Of a stretch of 64,000 nt of DNA, positions 1 through 10,672 are shown piece by piece. This DNA is from a bacterium (GTDB lineage: Bacteria > UBA8248): assembly GCA_965200245.1 (NCBI GenBank), contig CBDATS010000015.1:128001-192000 (forward strand), given 5' to 3'. Both the position numbers and the translations under genes were made by a program. The notes under the pieces are model-generated. The model ran no database searches. It was given only the letters and a program-made list of their open reading frames with translations, and was not told where the DNA came from. Position 1 is the stretch's first letter, and each line of letters starts with the position of its first letter.

Positions 1-161
1 GCCTGCTTCAGGCCGGAAGTCCTGTTCATCCCGACAGCGGCACCCATGTACTATCCCGAACGCTTCGGTTCCTCGGCCATGCTGGTTTCCGTCGCGCCGA
101 GGGTGAGGCAGAGTCCCAGAATGATCCATACGATGCGTATTTTCCCCGGGTGAAATCGCAT
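1..161 (-). pseudogene. 5' end of a secreted, probable outer-membrane beta-barrel protein, interrupted by an in-frame TAG (runs off the window edge)
   Basis: Signal-peptide-like MRFHPGKIRIVWIILGLCLTLGATETSMA, then EEPKRSG*YMGAAVGMNRTSGLKQA. The frame stays open past the TAG at 51-53. G(W)YMGAAVG resembles the first strand of small OMP barrels, suggesting TGG>TAG. Confidence 0.5.
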
Positions 162-337
162 TTTCTTCTCCTTTTTGAACGTATCGAGCCGTTCCTGTCG
201 GCCGTAAAATTCCGTATAATTTAAGTGGTGGTTGTCCACTTGATTAACCAAACTACAATATGCATGTAAGGAATTTCTCACTTATATAAAGTGCCAAGCA
301 ATTTTGGAGGCTCGTGAAAAAACGATGCATCTTCTCT

Positions 338-1000
338 TCACTCACCGCCTTCCTGAAAGGCGATGCGCTCGCCGGGGGGCTCCACGACGAGGTGAAGGGC
401 TTCGGCCACGCGGCCCGTTAGGTTCCATAGCCCGCAGATGAGGGTCAACGAGACGAGTTGCTCTGTGGAGAAATGCTTCTTCATAGCCTCGAAGGCCGCG
501 TCGTTTCCCTTAGCGGTCAGATTCGTGACTTCTTCCGCCCACCCGATAGCGGCCTTTTCTTTTTCACTGAATAGTTCGCTATCCCGCCAGCCGTCACCTT
601 CGAGCAGATTGATTTTCTCCTGCGAGATGCCCCGAGCCCGACCGAGCTCGACATTGTGCCCGAGTCAGTTATTGCATTCAGTCAAAATCGCCGTCTTGAT
701 GATGACGAGTTGGGCCATGTGGAGGTATTCGGGGTCGGTGTTCTGGTACTGGACACGCAGTTTGCCGTCCATGATCTGCCAGCCCTCGACGAAACCGGGC
801 GCCCAGCCGAGTAGGCGCAGGAAACGCGACACTTTGCCCCAGCGCTTTACTCCGTGTTCATAGAGGGGCGCGAGTTCCTCGGCAAGGTGTTCAGGGATGT
901 CGGCCGGGTCGATGAGCGGTACGCGGGGGAGGGGGCAGGCCATCATCTCCTGGGTGACGCCCATCCCTTGGGCGAGGCCTGTGGCTTCGTTGATCGGCAT
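338..1000 (-). CDS. Carboxymuconolactone decarboxylase/AhpD-like selenoprotein (Sec at TGA 665-667, CxxU motif)
   Basis: The ORF track stops at ...AILTECNN*, but the frame continues LGHNVELGRARGISQEKINLLEGDGWRDSELFSEKEKAAIGWAEEVT...CGLWNLTGRVAEALHL to TGA at 338-340. This is the normal CMD/AhpD C-terminal half. The UGA sits at the second Cys of the CxxC-x-x-H motif and is followed by a SECIS-like hairpin. Confidence 0.9.
627..654 (-). promoter_or_regulatory. Bacterial SECIS-like hairpin
   Basis: mRNA AUGUCGAGCUC-GGUC-GGGCUCGGGGCAU. The stem closes a G-initiated loop 21 nt downstream of the in-frame UGA. Confidence 0.75.
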
Positions 1001-1145
1001 GGCGAATTCCTTTTCTGATGAAAATGTAAACGGATGAGATTGCACGAGCGTATTCTCGCGTAAGGGGGATAGGGGATCAATGGGGAGGGTTTGAAATGAG
1101 GTGTTTGGCCAATCATTCTATTGTTAGGGACAAGTCGCGACTTCT

Positions 1146-1170
1146 GGGTGGACGCACCGTCCGCCCCTAC
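1146..1170 (-). repeat. GTAG-type REP-like palindromic element
   Basis: Minus strand GTAGGGGCGGAC-GGTGC-GTCCACCC: a GTAG foot followed by an imperfect hairpin, in intergenic DNA. Confidence 0.45.
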
Positions 1171-1817
1171 GATAAAGCGTGATTCATGCGTACCTGTTCA
1201 ACCGCCCTCCGCTTCGCTCACGTCTTTAATGAAGGGGAGGTAATGGCAGAAGAAGTATTCGTTGACCAATCGAATTGGAAGCGGCCTGAAAAGATCAGGC
1301 GCCGCCTGCCTCTTACGGGGCATTTTCGCCGTGTATTACAGTCTTCAGGTACATAAAAGGAATAAAATTGTCTTTGAGCACCTTACGATAGTGCGCTATG
1401 GATTCTCGCGTCATCAGTCCTTTCGCGTGTATTTCGCTGATTGCGGACATGAGGCCTTCGCAGGAAAGGAAGCCAACTCCGGTAATGATCCAGGCGAGGA
1501 TAAGGAAGCATATGATGTGAAAAAACTTGTTTGTGGCGTATCCCCCCGCGTTGGCGGCCATCGATGCCAAGTCTTGCCAGCTGCCAGAAGAAGGCAGCCG
1601 CCTATGGTATCCAATATGGCTCCTGTCAATTGAATGTGTGGGCGAAGTGATGGGAAAACGAGAAATTTTTCCAAGCGATTCATGCGTCGGCGTGACGGAA
1701 AAACACGGACTGGCGCCTGAGGGGATAGGTTCTGACTTACATCGTCACCGGCGTAACCGTTAGTCTCGCAACGGCTTGCTACCGTCGCGGCGATTCAGCG
1801 AAATGACCGGTCCGCAA

Positions 1818-2192
1818 TCACCGAGCGTGTACCGCATTGTTTTTCGGGGAACAGAGGTAACCAAACGGGGGGCGCGGCAAGTGGGCCGCGTCTTTTAGCA
1901 ATAATGTTTCCCACCCCGTGGACGGACATGAAATTAGCCGTCGTCGCGGCAGTTCGGGATCGGGGACATATTCTGCAGCAAAGGGGACCCCATATTTGCT
2001 TTTGCACAGGGTTGTCAGTTCATCTAGGTCGTCGTTCAGATCATCCTTGGTGCAAAAGCGGCGCAATGCATTGTCCGCCGGGCAATCCGACCGCCACGTA
2101 AGGATGTCTGCCAAGGCCCCGGCTCCGTTGCCGGTGGCCTGTAAGTTAACGTCTGCCCCTTGGCTTAGATCAGCCATTAGGACATTTCTCAT
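1818..2192 (-). pseudogene. Truncated N-terminal remnant, possibly of a large AAA-family ATPase
   Basis: Overlaps the PIN stop codon (ATGA coupling). DILTWRSDCPADNALRRFCTKDDLNDDLDELTTLCK resembles the ILxW...P.WQxDALRRL N-terminus of island-borne AAA ATPases. No Walker A motif follows. Confidence 0.3.
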
Positions 2193-2710
2193 CCGTGCTG
2201 GGGCCCGGTTTCTGCGAGATATTCCAGCCGGGCGGATATCTCATGTTGAGGTAGAAAGGCCGTTTTGTCTTCTTGCCAGACTGTGAGTGCTTGAATTAGT
2301 AGTGACTTGGCGCAGGTTCTTTTGGCTTCGAGTTCATCGACGACCCAAAGCACGCCGTGTACACGTAGGCCATTTTCTGCAGCGACTTTACGTAGAAGAG
2401 CATCGCCAGTCAGCAGAATACCGGGATGAACGGGCGCGGTGACATAGCAGAAACAGTCATTAGCGGACAGTGGAGGATAACGAGCCTTAAGCGCGAGTGC
2501 TTGGGCAACTTCGTCCGGTGTGAGGTCGTGGGTGATCATCTAGGAATCGTCCAACTGTTGCCACTGGTTGTCGGAGAAGTCGAGGATTTCGGACTCGCGT
2601 ACGGGTAGCGGGACGACGAACCGGTACGGCAATTTGGGGAGTACGGTAAGTAAACCGCCTTTGTGGAGATCGATCAGGCAGGAAGCGTCATTGACGACGA
2701 CGCTTGTCAC
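2189..2710 (-). pseudogene. PIN-domain (VapC-like) protein with an internal TAG
   Basis: GTG start overlaps the upstream stop. Reads VTSVVVNDASCLIDLHKGGLL...QQLDDS*MITHDL...LSANDCFC...LLTGDALLRK...VHGVLW, with PIN acidic motifs. In-frame TAG at 2540-2542. Confidence 0.8.
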
Positions 2711-3655
2711 TGGATAGCCGGACCGCTGATTTGTCGCTCGACGAAGTCAAGGGACTGATTGAGGAGCGCCGCTGCCCGCGCAGGCGAGATCAGTTCTTCG
2801 CCGACCGCACGCGAAACGAGGCTCTTGAAGCGACGTGGCTTTTCGAAGGCAGCAAACTCGTGGTTGGTGTCAGGGATAGGCTCAGGCTCGATCTGGCGCC
2901 AGGAGCGTGCGAAGGTCGCGAAGGCATGCCGGACTTTGGTATGAGGGAGAACATTAACCTGCCCGAGGCGGATCAGAATGGCCGCGGCCGAAACGCCATA
3001 GGTGTGTTTGAGGCGCATGATCTCGTAGTAGGTAATGCGGTGACGGCGGGTGCCGATTTTCTCTAGGAGATGCTGTTTTGGGATTAGAAAGGCGCCGGCG
3101 AATCGGTTCATTGCCGTTTCCAGGTTGATGGTAGGATTGTCAGTGGAGCGTATGATCTTGTGGGCAAGCTCATGTGCGAGAGTGAAGCGCTTGCGCTCGA
3201 CATTGATCCGGCTAGAAATGACGATGGCCTCGGCAACGGGCTGACCGTCACGCAGGGCGCGGCATGCGAGACCGTTTATGCGCTCCGGGAGGTCGTCTTC
3301 GATTACTTTTGATACCCTTGCCCTTGCTCAGTTCGCAGAGGCTGGGAATAGGGCCCATGCCGAGATGCCAGTCGTCGCGGAGCGCATCGGCCTTGGCCCG
3401 GTCTCGAGCGGAAGCACCCGAATGCTTACGGAAGTCAAGGCCGTCGAAAGCCTCAACTTGTGCGCTCATCAGAAAATCCAGCGAAACATTAAGGGCCTTG
3501 CCTAGCGCAATCAAAACGGTCGAAGATGGCAACATCTTGCCCGCCTCGTACTTGCTGATGGCCTGAGCGGTGATCTTTGGGGTCATTTGCTCAGCCAGCG
3601 ACCGCATGGAAAGGCCTGCCCGTTTGCGGGCGAGTCGAAGTCGTTGGCAAAACAT
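2707..3655 (-). pseudogene. XRE-family HTH fused to an ImmA/IrrE-type Zn metallopeptidase, frameshifted
   Basis: N-terminal HTH (RLRLARKRAGLSMRSLAE...ISKYEAGKMLP). Removing one A at 3307-3310 gives KGIKVIEDDLPERINGL...ERKRFTLAHELAH (HExxH), which joins the 2707-3111 ORF (NRFAGAFLIP). Confidence 0.85.
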
Positions 3656-3769
3656 GCATTCTTCCCCTGGTTTGTTAACTTAAAGTTGATATGTTTTGCC
3701 TTAAAACGATTATGTCAATCACGGATTGGCACTATACCAGATATCTTATAGTGTAGACAGAGGTGAGGT

Positions 3770-4040
3770 ATGTTGCTGGATAGGATAGTAGACGGGTCCG
3801 AGGAGACTGGCACGAAGAAATACAAATTCAAGATGAACGGCGAGATGTTTTCTGGGAATGAGCAGACGGTCGATGCAGCGGTGTTGTTACGGAGAGCATT
3901 CGCCGACAAGGCGATTGGTGAGGATCCGGACAAGATTGGATATGTGCAGAGAGCCCCGGACTCAGACGTGATGTTTGTGTCAGGACAGACGGTGGAATTC
4001 GACAAGTACAACGTGTTTCGAGCCGTCCCGGTAGATGCGG
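3770..4040 (+). pseudogene. Probable multi-ubiquitin (ubiquitin-like beta-grasp) domain protein; its 3' end runs on into apparently non-coding sequence
   Basis: Good RBS (GAGGTGAGG). KYKFKMNGEMFSGNEQTVDAAVLLRRA...DPDKIGY...DVMFVSGQTVEFDKYNVFRAVP fits the Multi_ubiq pattern. The rest of the 218 aa ORF looks non-coding and overlaps the GNAT gene. The end coordinate is approximate. Confidence 0.5.
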
Positions 4041-4257
4041 GGTGTCACAGGATGTATCAATACCGACGTAATCCTCTTGGTGTCAGGCAATGCACCATGG
4101 ATGTGTCAAAGCGTAGGGACCGTTCGCGAACCGACCCTAAGGGAAGGTCACGACTTTTTCCTGCACTCTTGAGGCAAATGCCTTTACGCCGTCCTCAGGG
4201 CGGTTCACGAGTTGCTACCGTTTCCTGTAGTGTTCGTGGCGAGGAGGCGACGACGAA

Positions 4258-4724
4258 ATGCCCGAATTCATCATTGCGCAGAACGAAGAGGATTACCGTG
4301 AGGCACGGGTCTTGCTGCGCGAGTATGAGGCTAAGAGCGAGGTGGGCCTCTGCTTTCAGGGTTTCGAGGAGGAAGTCGAAACCCTTGAGGAGATATACGG
4401 TCCACCGGGCGGGAGGTTTATCCTGATTAGGGAAGAGGAAGCCATCGCGGGTTGCGTCGGGGTACGGGATTTGGAGATGGAGTCTGCGAGATGAAGCGCT
4501 TGTTCGTGCGACCTGTTTTCAGAGGGCGTGGGTTCGGGAGGTCGTGCGCGGAGCGAATCGTCCGGGAGGCGCGCGAGATGGGCTATGCCGTGATGCGCCT
4601 CAATACGTTGCCATCCATGCGCGAGGCCATCTCTCTTTACCGTTCGATGGGTTTCAGCATGATCGAATGTTACACAGAAACCCCCGTGGAGGGTGCCCTT
4701 TTTATGGAGTTGGTGTTGGTGTAG
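4258..4724 (+). pseudogene. GNAT acetyltransferase with a single-base frameshift
   Basis: MPEFII...AGCVGVRDL and GDGVCEMKRLFVRPVFRGRGFGR...LNTLPSMREAISLYRSMGF lie in adjacent frames. One extra G at 4473-4474 joins them. Confidence 0.8.
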
Positions 4725-5573
4725 GGGTTGTTGTGCAATGGCTATTTGGTCGTGATCTAGGTTTTCAAGGCGCTGAGAGAAACGCATCAATCAACAGGGA
4801 CGCTTCACGAACGTTGGCCGTTCACGGGAATGGCCTCTGCAAGTTTCTCGATTTTCTTCGAAAAAGGCGGGTGGAGATTGGATATCTTCGAAGTCCGCGC
4901 CGGGCGCAGCGGAGCAAGCAGATACGATTCCGGTACTATCAAGCGTCAATTCACTTCCTGCTGGGATTGGCGATAAACCATGGAACTGCATCTGCGAAGG
5001 TTGTTCTGGTTCTGGCCGAAGCACTCCTCGCCATTGTCGGTAGCGTCCATGCGGCTGGGTCACGGTTGGCTGTCAACTCCTCTGTGGGTCTTGGAAGGCG
5101 AAAATTAAGAAACCCGATGCGAAGGGCATTGGGCTGGAAGGACGTCAATTTCGCTAGATTCACCTTCGGGACAGAGGTGATCAAAATGATGGTATCCCGT
5201 CGGCGGACATTGTGCTCAACGACTCCTCGCCAACGGTAGCGGGCTACAGCCGGGGATAGGCGTGATTGTAGTGAGCGCCGCTTTTTACAATGGATATTGT
5301 GTTTCTCCGGTCGTGGTGCTCGGTACTATCGCCTTTATTTTCGAGCTCTGCATCGCATCGAAGGAGTACTCGGGCAAGTACTGGGTGCGTTCCTGATGTG
5401 TGTCAGCGAAATTCCATTGGGATGTAGAGACAAACCCCTCATCTGGGTCGCCCCATAGGTCGCGACTTGTACCCCTGCGAGCTTATGGATCGTGTAATGG
5501 GATTGAACGAAGCGGGCGCGGGGAGCCACCCCTGCAATGTACAGCAACCACCACAATGACAGACTGAGTCCCT

Positions 5574-5984
5574 CTATGCGCCCAGCGCCCGTTTCGCCTT
5601 GCGATGGTCCTTGGGATTCACCCAGAAGATGGCTCCGTAGCGTTGCTTGCCCGCGGCGATGGCCGTGATGGCGGTGATGTTGATGTTCGCCTCCTCGAGT
5701 TTTGTGAGAATCGGCAGGAGTGCCCCTGTGCGGTCCGTGCCATCGACGAGGAACGCTTTCTTCCGGGCGCTGAGCTTGATCTTCGCCTTGCGCGCGAAGG
5801 AGGTGAAGGCTTTCGCGTCCTCGGGCACGATGTCCACCTGAAGGCGCCTGCGTTCGGGGAAAGCATGTATCGCCAACAGGCTTACGCCCGCTTCCTTGAA
5901 CATGGTGGCTAATTTGGCGCCTTCTCCCGGCTTGTTGGGTGCAGTGATGTAGTAATAGGGAACTTCACGAACTGTTTCGGCCAT
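5574..5984 (-). CDS. ACT-domain (double ACT) protein
   Basis: Start MAETVREVPYYY after a GGAG RBS. PNKPGEGAKL and DRTGALLPILTKLEEANINI are ACT-type motifs. Confidence 0.7.
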   Translation of the reverse strand: MAETVREVPYYYITAPNKPGEGAKLATMFKEAGVSLLAIHAFPERRRLQVDIVPEDAKAFTSFARKAKIKLSARKKAFLVDGTDRTGALLPILTKLEEANINITAITAIAAGKQRYGAIFWVNPKDHRKAKRALGA

Positions 5985-6600
5985 TGCCTGTCTCCTGATT
6001 GACCCGGTGGTCTTGGAGGGCGGGATGACTTGCGTATTATGGGTCGCACCGAAAGCGCACACCATAACGCAAATAATCATACAACATGAGGCGAGGGGAG
6101 GGAAACGATTTCATTTCGATTGAGGCAAGAGGGATGGATACGCTCCGTAAAGGCACAAATTTCGGACCGCTAATTCTGCGAAACCGCGTATCAATCGAAA
6201 CGAGTCTCACACGCCTTGTGCGCATTCGTTCGAGGACAAGGAATCCTCTCGTTCATACGTCTCGATTGCATGCGCCTTTACACACATTTGCCAGTGGCAA
6301 TTTTTCGTCGGGATGGGCGAGAATCCCTCGCGCGATAGTGGGTGTTCTTGTGGACGAGAGCAGGGAATAAAAATGGAAGGAGTGCTTCAACTTTGTGCCA
6401 GAACCATAGCTACTTTTCAGCCAGGATGGACTTCCTCTGCCCAAAACCGCGAATCACAATCAAGCTCAGGTCCGAGCCCTCAAAGGATTTTTCAATGATT
6501 GGACAGATATGGATAGATTCGTGAGGTTTTACTGAAATTCATAGGATATAAACTGGTTGAACAATACATTGTAAATTGCTGATATATTGATAATTATTTG

Positions 6601-7836
6601 TTATGCGGGCATCACCTTGGGGTGTTCGAGCATCTCCTTGAGCGTGGAGAGGAACTCAGCCGCCGGCGCGCCGTCCACCAGGCGGTGATCGGCGTTGATG
6701 CCGATGAAGGCCGTCGTCCGGGCCACAACCTCGCCATTTCGCACGACAGCGCGCTCGCGCGCCGCCCCCACAGAGAGAATAGCGGATTCAGGGTGGTTGA
6801 TAATGGCGCTGAAGTGGTCTACGCCGTATGCTCCCAGATTCGAAACCGTGAAGGTACCGCCTTCCAGCGTGTCAAGCCCCAACGCACCGGCGCGGGCGGC
6901 TTCCGCCAATTCACGCGATTCGCGCGAAATGGCGTCGATGGACTTCTGATCAGCTCCCCGTATGACAGGCACCATGAGACCCTGCTCTACAGCGACGGCC
7001 ACCCCGATGTTCACGTCTTGCATCTGTTCGAGAGCGTCTGCGCTCAGGCGAACGTTCACGGCCGGGCAGCGGCGTACGGCGCGTGCGGTGTAGAAGAGAA
7101 TGAGATCGTTGATGGATACCTTTACACCGAGATCATTCTCCCACGCTTGGCGACTGGCTTCGCGCACGGCAAGGAGGTTCGTGAGGTCGACTTCCGCCTG
7201 CATGGTGATACGTGGCACTTGGGACCAGCTTGCGAGCATGCGCTCTGCAATTATTTTCCGCATACCGGTCAGGGAGGTGGAAGCCGCCACTGCCGCGGGG
7301 CCGCTCACGGCGGCAGGTACTGTAGCGGGAAGTCCCGATGCAGCTGCAGCCCGCACGTCGGCTTGCACAATCCTGCCGCCGGGACCAGAGCCTTTGAGAG
7401 TGCGGTAATCAATGCCGAGTTCACGGGCGACGCGCCTTGCAGCGGGGCTTGCAAAAATGCGGTCAGTGGGCACAGGTTGCACAGATGCAGGAACTGCCAC
7501 AGGGGGAGGCGCCGGTGTCAGTGCCGCCTGCGTAACCTCTGGCCCAGGCTCCTCAGGTTCCTTGGAGCGATCCCCTCCAAAACTGCTGATATCCTCTCCC
7601 GCTTCGCCGATCACGGCAATGTCTATGCCACAGGGGACGACGTCGCCTTCTCCTGCAAGCGTCTTGAGAAGGAGTCCACCTTCCGGCGATTCTACCTCGT
7701 ATTCGACCTTGTCTGTCTGGATGTCGAGAATAATCTCGCCCTTTTCGACCGCTTCACCCTCGTCCTTTCGCCATTTGAGGATGGTTCCTTCTTCCATGGT
7801 GAGGCCGAGCTTTGGCATCGGGAGGGGAGTGGCCAT
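6601..7836 (-). CDS. acoC: Dihydrolipoamide acyltransferase (E2) of an acetoin/2-oxoacid dehydrogenase complex
   Basis: Lipoyl domain (MPKLGLTMEEG...TDKVEYE), E3-binding domain (ASPAARR...GSGPGGRI) and catalytic DHRLVDG. Confidence 0.9.
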   Translation of the reverse strand: MATPLPMPKLGLTMEEGTILKWRKDEGEAVEKGEIILDIQTDKVEYEVESPEGGLLLKTLAGEGDVVPCGIDIAVIGEAGEDISSFGGDRSKEPEEPGPEVTQAALTPAPPPVAVPASVQPVPTDRIFASPAARRVARELGIDYRTLKGSGPGGRIVQADVRAAAASGLPATVPAAVSGPAAVAASTSLTGMRKIIAERMLASWSQVPRITMQAEVDLTNLLAVREASRQAWENDLGVKVSINDLILFYTARAVRRCPAVNVRLSADALEQMQDVNIGVAVAVEQGLMVPVIRGADQKSIDAISRESRELAEAARAGALGLDTLEGGTFTVSNLGAYGVDHFSAIINHPESAILSVGAARERAVVRNGEVVARTTAFIGINADHRLVDGAPAAEFLSTLKEMLEHPKVMPA

Positions 7837-7872
7837 GTATCTTTGCTCCTAATGAATGAATGTGTTCGGGAC

Positions 7873-8853
7873 TTATACTGTCTCTAACATACCACGGACA
7901 CCGGCGATTACGTCATCTTTGTCAGGAATGACGTAGGATTCGAGTTTGGGCGAAAATGGCACTGGTGTTTCCTTGGCGCAAACACGCTCGATGGGCGCAT
8001 CCAGGTAGTCAAAGGCTTCCTTGGCTGCCAGTGCGGCGACTTCCGCCCCCCAGCCACAACGTTGCACTGCCTCATGGGTGATGAGGAGCCTGCCTGTCTT
8101 GCTGACCGAAGCGAGAATCATCTCTGTATCCAGCGGGAAAAGCGTCCTGGGGTCGATGACTTCGCAGTCAATTCCCTCTTTTTCAAGCTCTTCTGCTGCG
8201 GCTAGCGACTTGCCAACCATTGAGGAGGTGGCAACGATAGTGAGGTCGTTCCCCTCCTTCTTCACTTCGGCGACGCCGATCGGGATGATTTCCTCATTAT
8301 CAGGTACGACACCTTTTTCCAGGTACAGGAGTTTGTGTTCAATGAAAAATACCGGGTCGTCATCCCGAATGGCCGCTTTTAATAGGCCTTTTGCGTCGCG
8401 CGCACTGGAGGGCATGACCACTTTCAGTCCCGGTACGTGAACGAACCACGCTTCCAGGCTTTGCGCATGTTGGGCGGCGGAACTGCGGCCCGCGCCACCC
8501 TGTGTTCTGATGACGAGCGAGGTGTTCGCTTTGCCGCCGAACATGTAGCGTACTTTGGCGACTTGATTGACGATTTGATCCATGGCGACGGCAGAAAAAT
8601 CGATGTACATCAACTCTGCCACGGGGCGCATGCCCACCAGAGCTGAGCCTAGAGCCGCGCCGATTATGCCTTGTTCGGAGATAGGCGTGTTCCGTACCCG
8701 CTCGGCACCGTATTTCTCCAGGAGCCCAACCGTTGTCTTGTATGATCCGCCGAATTCGGCGATGTCCTCCCCGAGGAGAAAGACGGAATCATCCCTCGCC
8801 ATTTCCTCATCCATGGCTTCGATGATGGCCTCTCGGTATAAAACCTCGCGCAT
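7873..8853 (-). CDS. acoB: Acetoin/pyruvate dehydrogenase E1 beta subunit
   Basis: LLGEDI, TPISEQG, AQHAQSLE and VIDPRTLFPLD motifs. Confidence 0.92.
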   Translation of the reverse strand: MREVLYREAIIEAMDEEMARDDSVFLLGEDIAEFGGSYKTTVGLLEKYGAERVRNTPISEQGIIGAALGSALVGMRPVAELMYIDFSAVAMDQIVNQVAKVRYMFGGKANTSLVIRTQGGAGRSSAAQHAQSLEAWFVHVPGLKVVMPSSARDAKGLLKAAIRDDDPVFFIEHKLLYLEKGVVPDNEEIIPIGVAEVKKEGNDLTIVATSSMVGKSLAAAEELEKEGIDCEVIDPRTLFPLDTEMILASVSKTGRLLITHEAVQRCGWGAEVAALAAKEAFDYLDAPIERVCAKETPVPFSPKLESYVIPDKDDVIAGVRGMLETV

Positions 8854-8864
8854 GATCCTTTTCT

Positions 8865-9836
8865 CTAAACCGACACGTAAATGTCGGTCATGGCATCTTT
8901 GAGTTCGGGTTCCGGGCTTTTCCGGGCGAATTCTATGGCTTCTTCCATCTCTTTGTTCACGTTTTCAATGATTGCGTCAATACTTTTCGGGCTTAACCAA
9001 TTCTTTTTCTTGAGTATTTCGGCGAATGTGATGAGCGGATCGCGCTTGAGCCACTTGCCTACCTCTTTATCGTGTCCATATGCGGTACCGGGATCACCCA
9101 CATAATGACCCAAAAATCGCATTGTCTTTGCTTCAATCAATGTCGGTCCTCGCCCCTTGCGCGCGCGTGTAATCGCTTCACCGGCGACTTCGTATATTGC
9201 CTGCGGATCCATGCCATCAACGAGGATTCCGGGTATTCCGTAAGCTTTGGCCCTTTCGGCGATGTCTTGAACCGCCTGATGAGTGGCCCGAGGCGTGCTT
9301 TCGGCGAATCCGTTGTTCTCGCAGACGAATACAGCAGGTAGCTTCCATGTAGCAGCAATGTTGATACCCTCATGGAAGGCGCCTTCATTGCTGGCTCCGT
9401 CGCCGAAAAAGCTTACGACGACGTGTTTTTCACCCTTTAATTGAATCCCCAGAGCGGCACCGGCGGCAATAGGGATGCCACCACCAACGATGCCATTCGC
9501 CCCCAGGACCCCCAAATCCTGGTCGGCGATGTGCATGGAACCACCTTTTCCTTTGCAATAACCAGTCGCTCGGGCATACAATTCGGCAAACATGCCTCTG
9601 TATTGTAGCCCTTTGGCGATCATATGGCCGTGCCCACGGTGCGTAGAGGTGATTTGATCTTTGGGAGTCAAGTGAGCGCAAACCCCGGCGGCAACCGCTT
9701 CTTCGCCGATATAGGCATGAAGAAAACCCGGCAGTTCCCCCGCTTGGAACAGCTCGATCGAGCGCTCCTCGAACCTCCGGATACGAACCATCGTCTCGTA
9801 AATCCAGAGGGCCTTGGCTTTTGTCAGTCGAATCAT
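8865..9836 (-). CDS. acoA: Acetoin/pyruvate dehydrogenase E1 alpha subunit (ThDP-dependent)
   Basis: LPGFLH, STHRGHGH, GKGGSMH and the GDGA...ENN ThDP motif. Confidence 0.92.
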   Translation of the reverse strand: MIRLTKAKALWIYETMVRIRRFEERSIELFQAGELPGFLHAYIGEEAVAAGVCAHLTPKDQITSTHRGHGHMIAKGLQYRGMFAELYARATGYCKGKGGSMHIADQDLGVLGANGIVGGGIPIAAGAALGIQLKGEKHVVVSFFGDGASNEGAFHEGINIAATWKLPAVFVCENNGFAESTPRATHQAVQDIAERAKAYGIPGILVDGMDPQAIYEVAGEAITRARKGRGPTLIEAKTMRFLGHYVGDPGTAYGHDKEVGKWLKRDPLITFAEILKKKNWLSPKSIDAIIENVNKEMEEAIEFARKSPEPELKDAMTDIYVSV

Positions 9837-10093
9837 GGATTCGCCTTTGAATCGAAGATAGCGTCCCCCAAAGGGGTAACCAAATCTTTGACAAGGGCCG
9901 GCTTCTTGCGAGGAACACGGAATCCTGAATAACTGTCGCTATTCTTTCGGCTATTCTCCCCTGCTGAATTCGGCAGAATTTAGCATGCCGTATTTCTTCG
10001 GGCAAGAATGACCTTAATTTCCGACAAGACGCTATTCCGCTTGCGTTTTTTTTTGAATGGTGATTAAAGTATTGTTGATATTGGCTGTCGAGC

Positions 10094-10121
10094 AAGTGGG
10101 TCAATCCATGGCCCATTTTTT
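10094..10121 (+). promoter_or_regulatory. rimP leader terminator/attenuator hairpin
   Basis: AAGTGGGTCA-ATCCA-TGGCCCATTT followed by a T-run, about 20 nt before the rimP start. Resembles the known rimP leader. Confidence 0.65.
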
Positions 10122-10142
10122 ATTTGCCATCGGAATAGAGTT

Positions 10143-10640
10143 ATGGCGCTCATTGATGTTGACAAAGAAATATGGGTTATCGCCCAGGAAATAGTATCTA
10201 ATCTGGGCTTTGAATTGGTTGATATTGAACTGGCCGGAAACCGGAACGGGCAAGTGATTCGAGTGTGTATAGAAAAACCAGGCGGGATTTCTCTTTCTGA
10301 TTGTGTAGAAGTTAGCCGAGAGCTTGGGAAAAGCCTGGACGATAAAGACATCATTGAAAATTCTTATCACCTTGAAGTTTCCAGTCCAGGCATCGACAGG
10401 CCACTGCGAAAAATACAGGATTTTGAGCGCTATATCGGACATCAAGCGAGAATACGCCTGAAAGGCAAGCGGAAAGGGAGCAGAAGAATCGTAGGGGAAA
10501 TTATCGAAGTGGATGGGAATATTATCCGTGTACTTTCAAAGAGCGGCGATAAAGCTTCCTTCTCGCTTGCCGATATCGCAAAAGCAAACCTGGATGTGGA
10601 TTGGGACGCTGAATTACAGGGTCAGGGGAATACGGATTAG
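10143..10640 (+). CDS. rimP: Ribosome maturation factor RimP
   Basis: GFELVDIE, GGISLSDC and YHLEVSSPGIDRPL motifs; upstream of nusA. Confidence 0.97.
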   Translation: MALIDVDKEIWVIAQEIVSNLGFELVDIELAGNRNGQVIRVCIEKPGGISLSDCVEVSRELGKSLDDKDIIENSYHLEVSSPGIDRPLRKIQDFERYIGHQARIRLKGKRKGSRRIVGEIIEVDGNIIRVLSKSGDKASFSLADIAKANLDVDWDAELQGQGNTD

Positions 10641-10672
10641 AGTCAACTCTGTCCATCATGGAGGAGTAGTTC

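Noticed and set aside
1313-1683. Possible frameshifted membrane protein gene
   Set aside because: There are hydrophobic fragments in two frames, but I could not assign a family, so it is not called.
4730-5570. Short ORFs between the GNAT and ACT genes, and at 6086-6524, 29232-29705 and 57800-58240
   Set aside because: No recognisable domains or convincing RBS; probably eroded or intergenic DNA.
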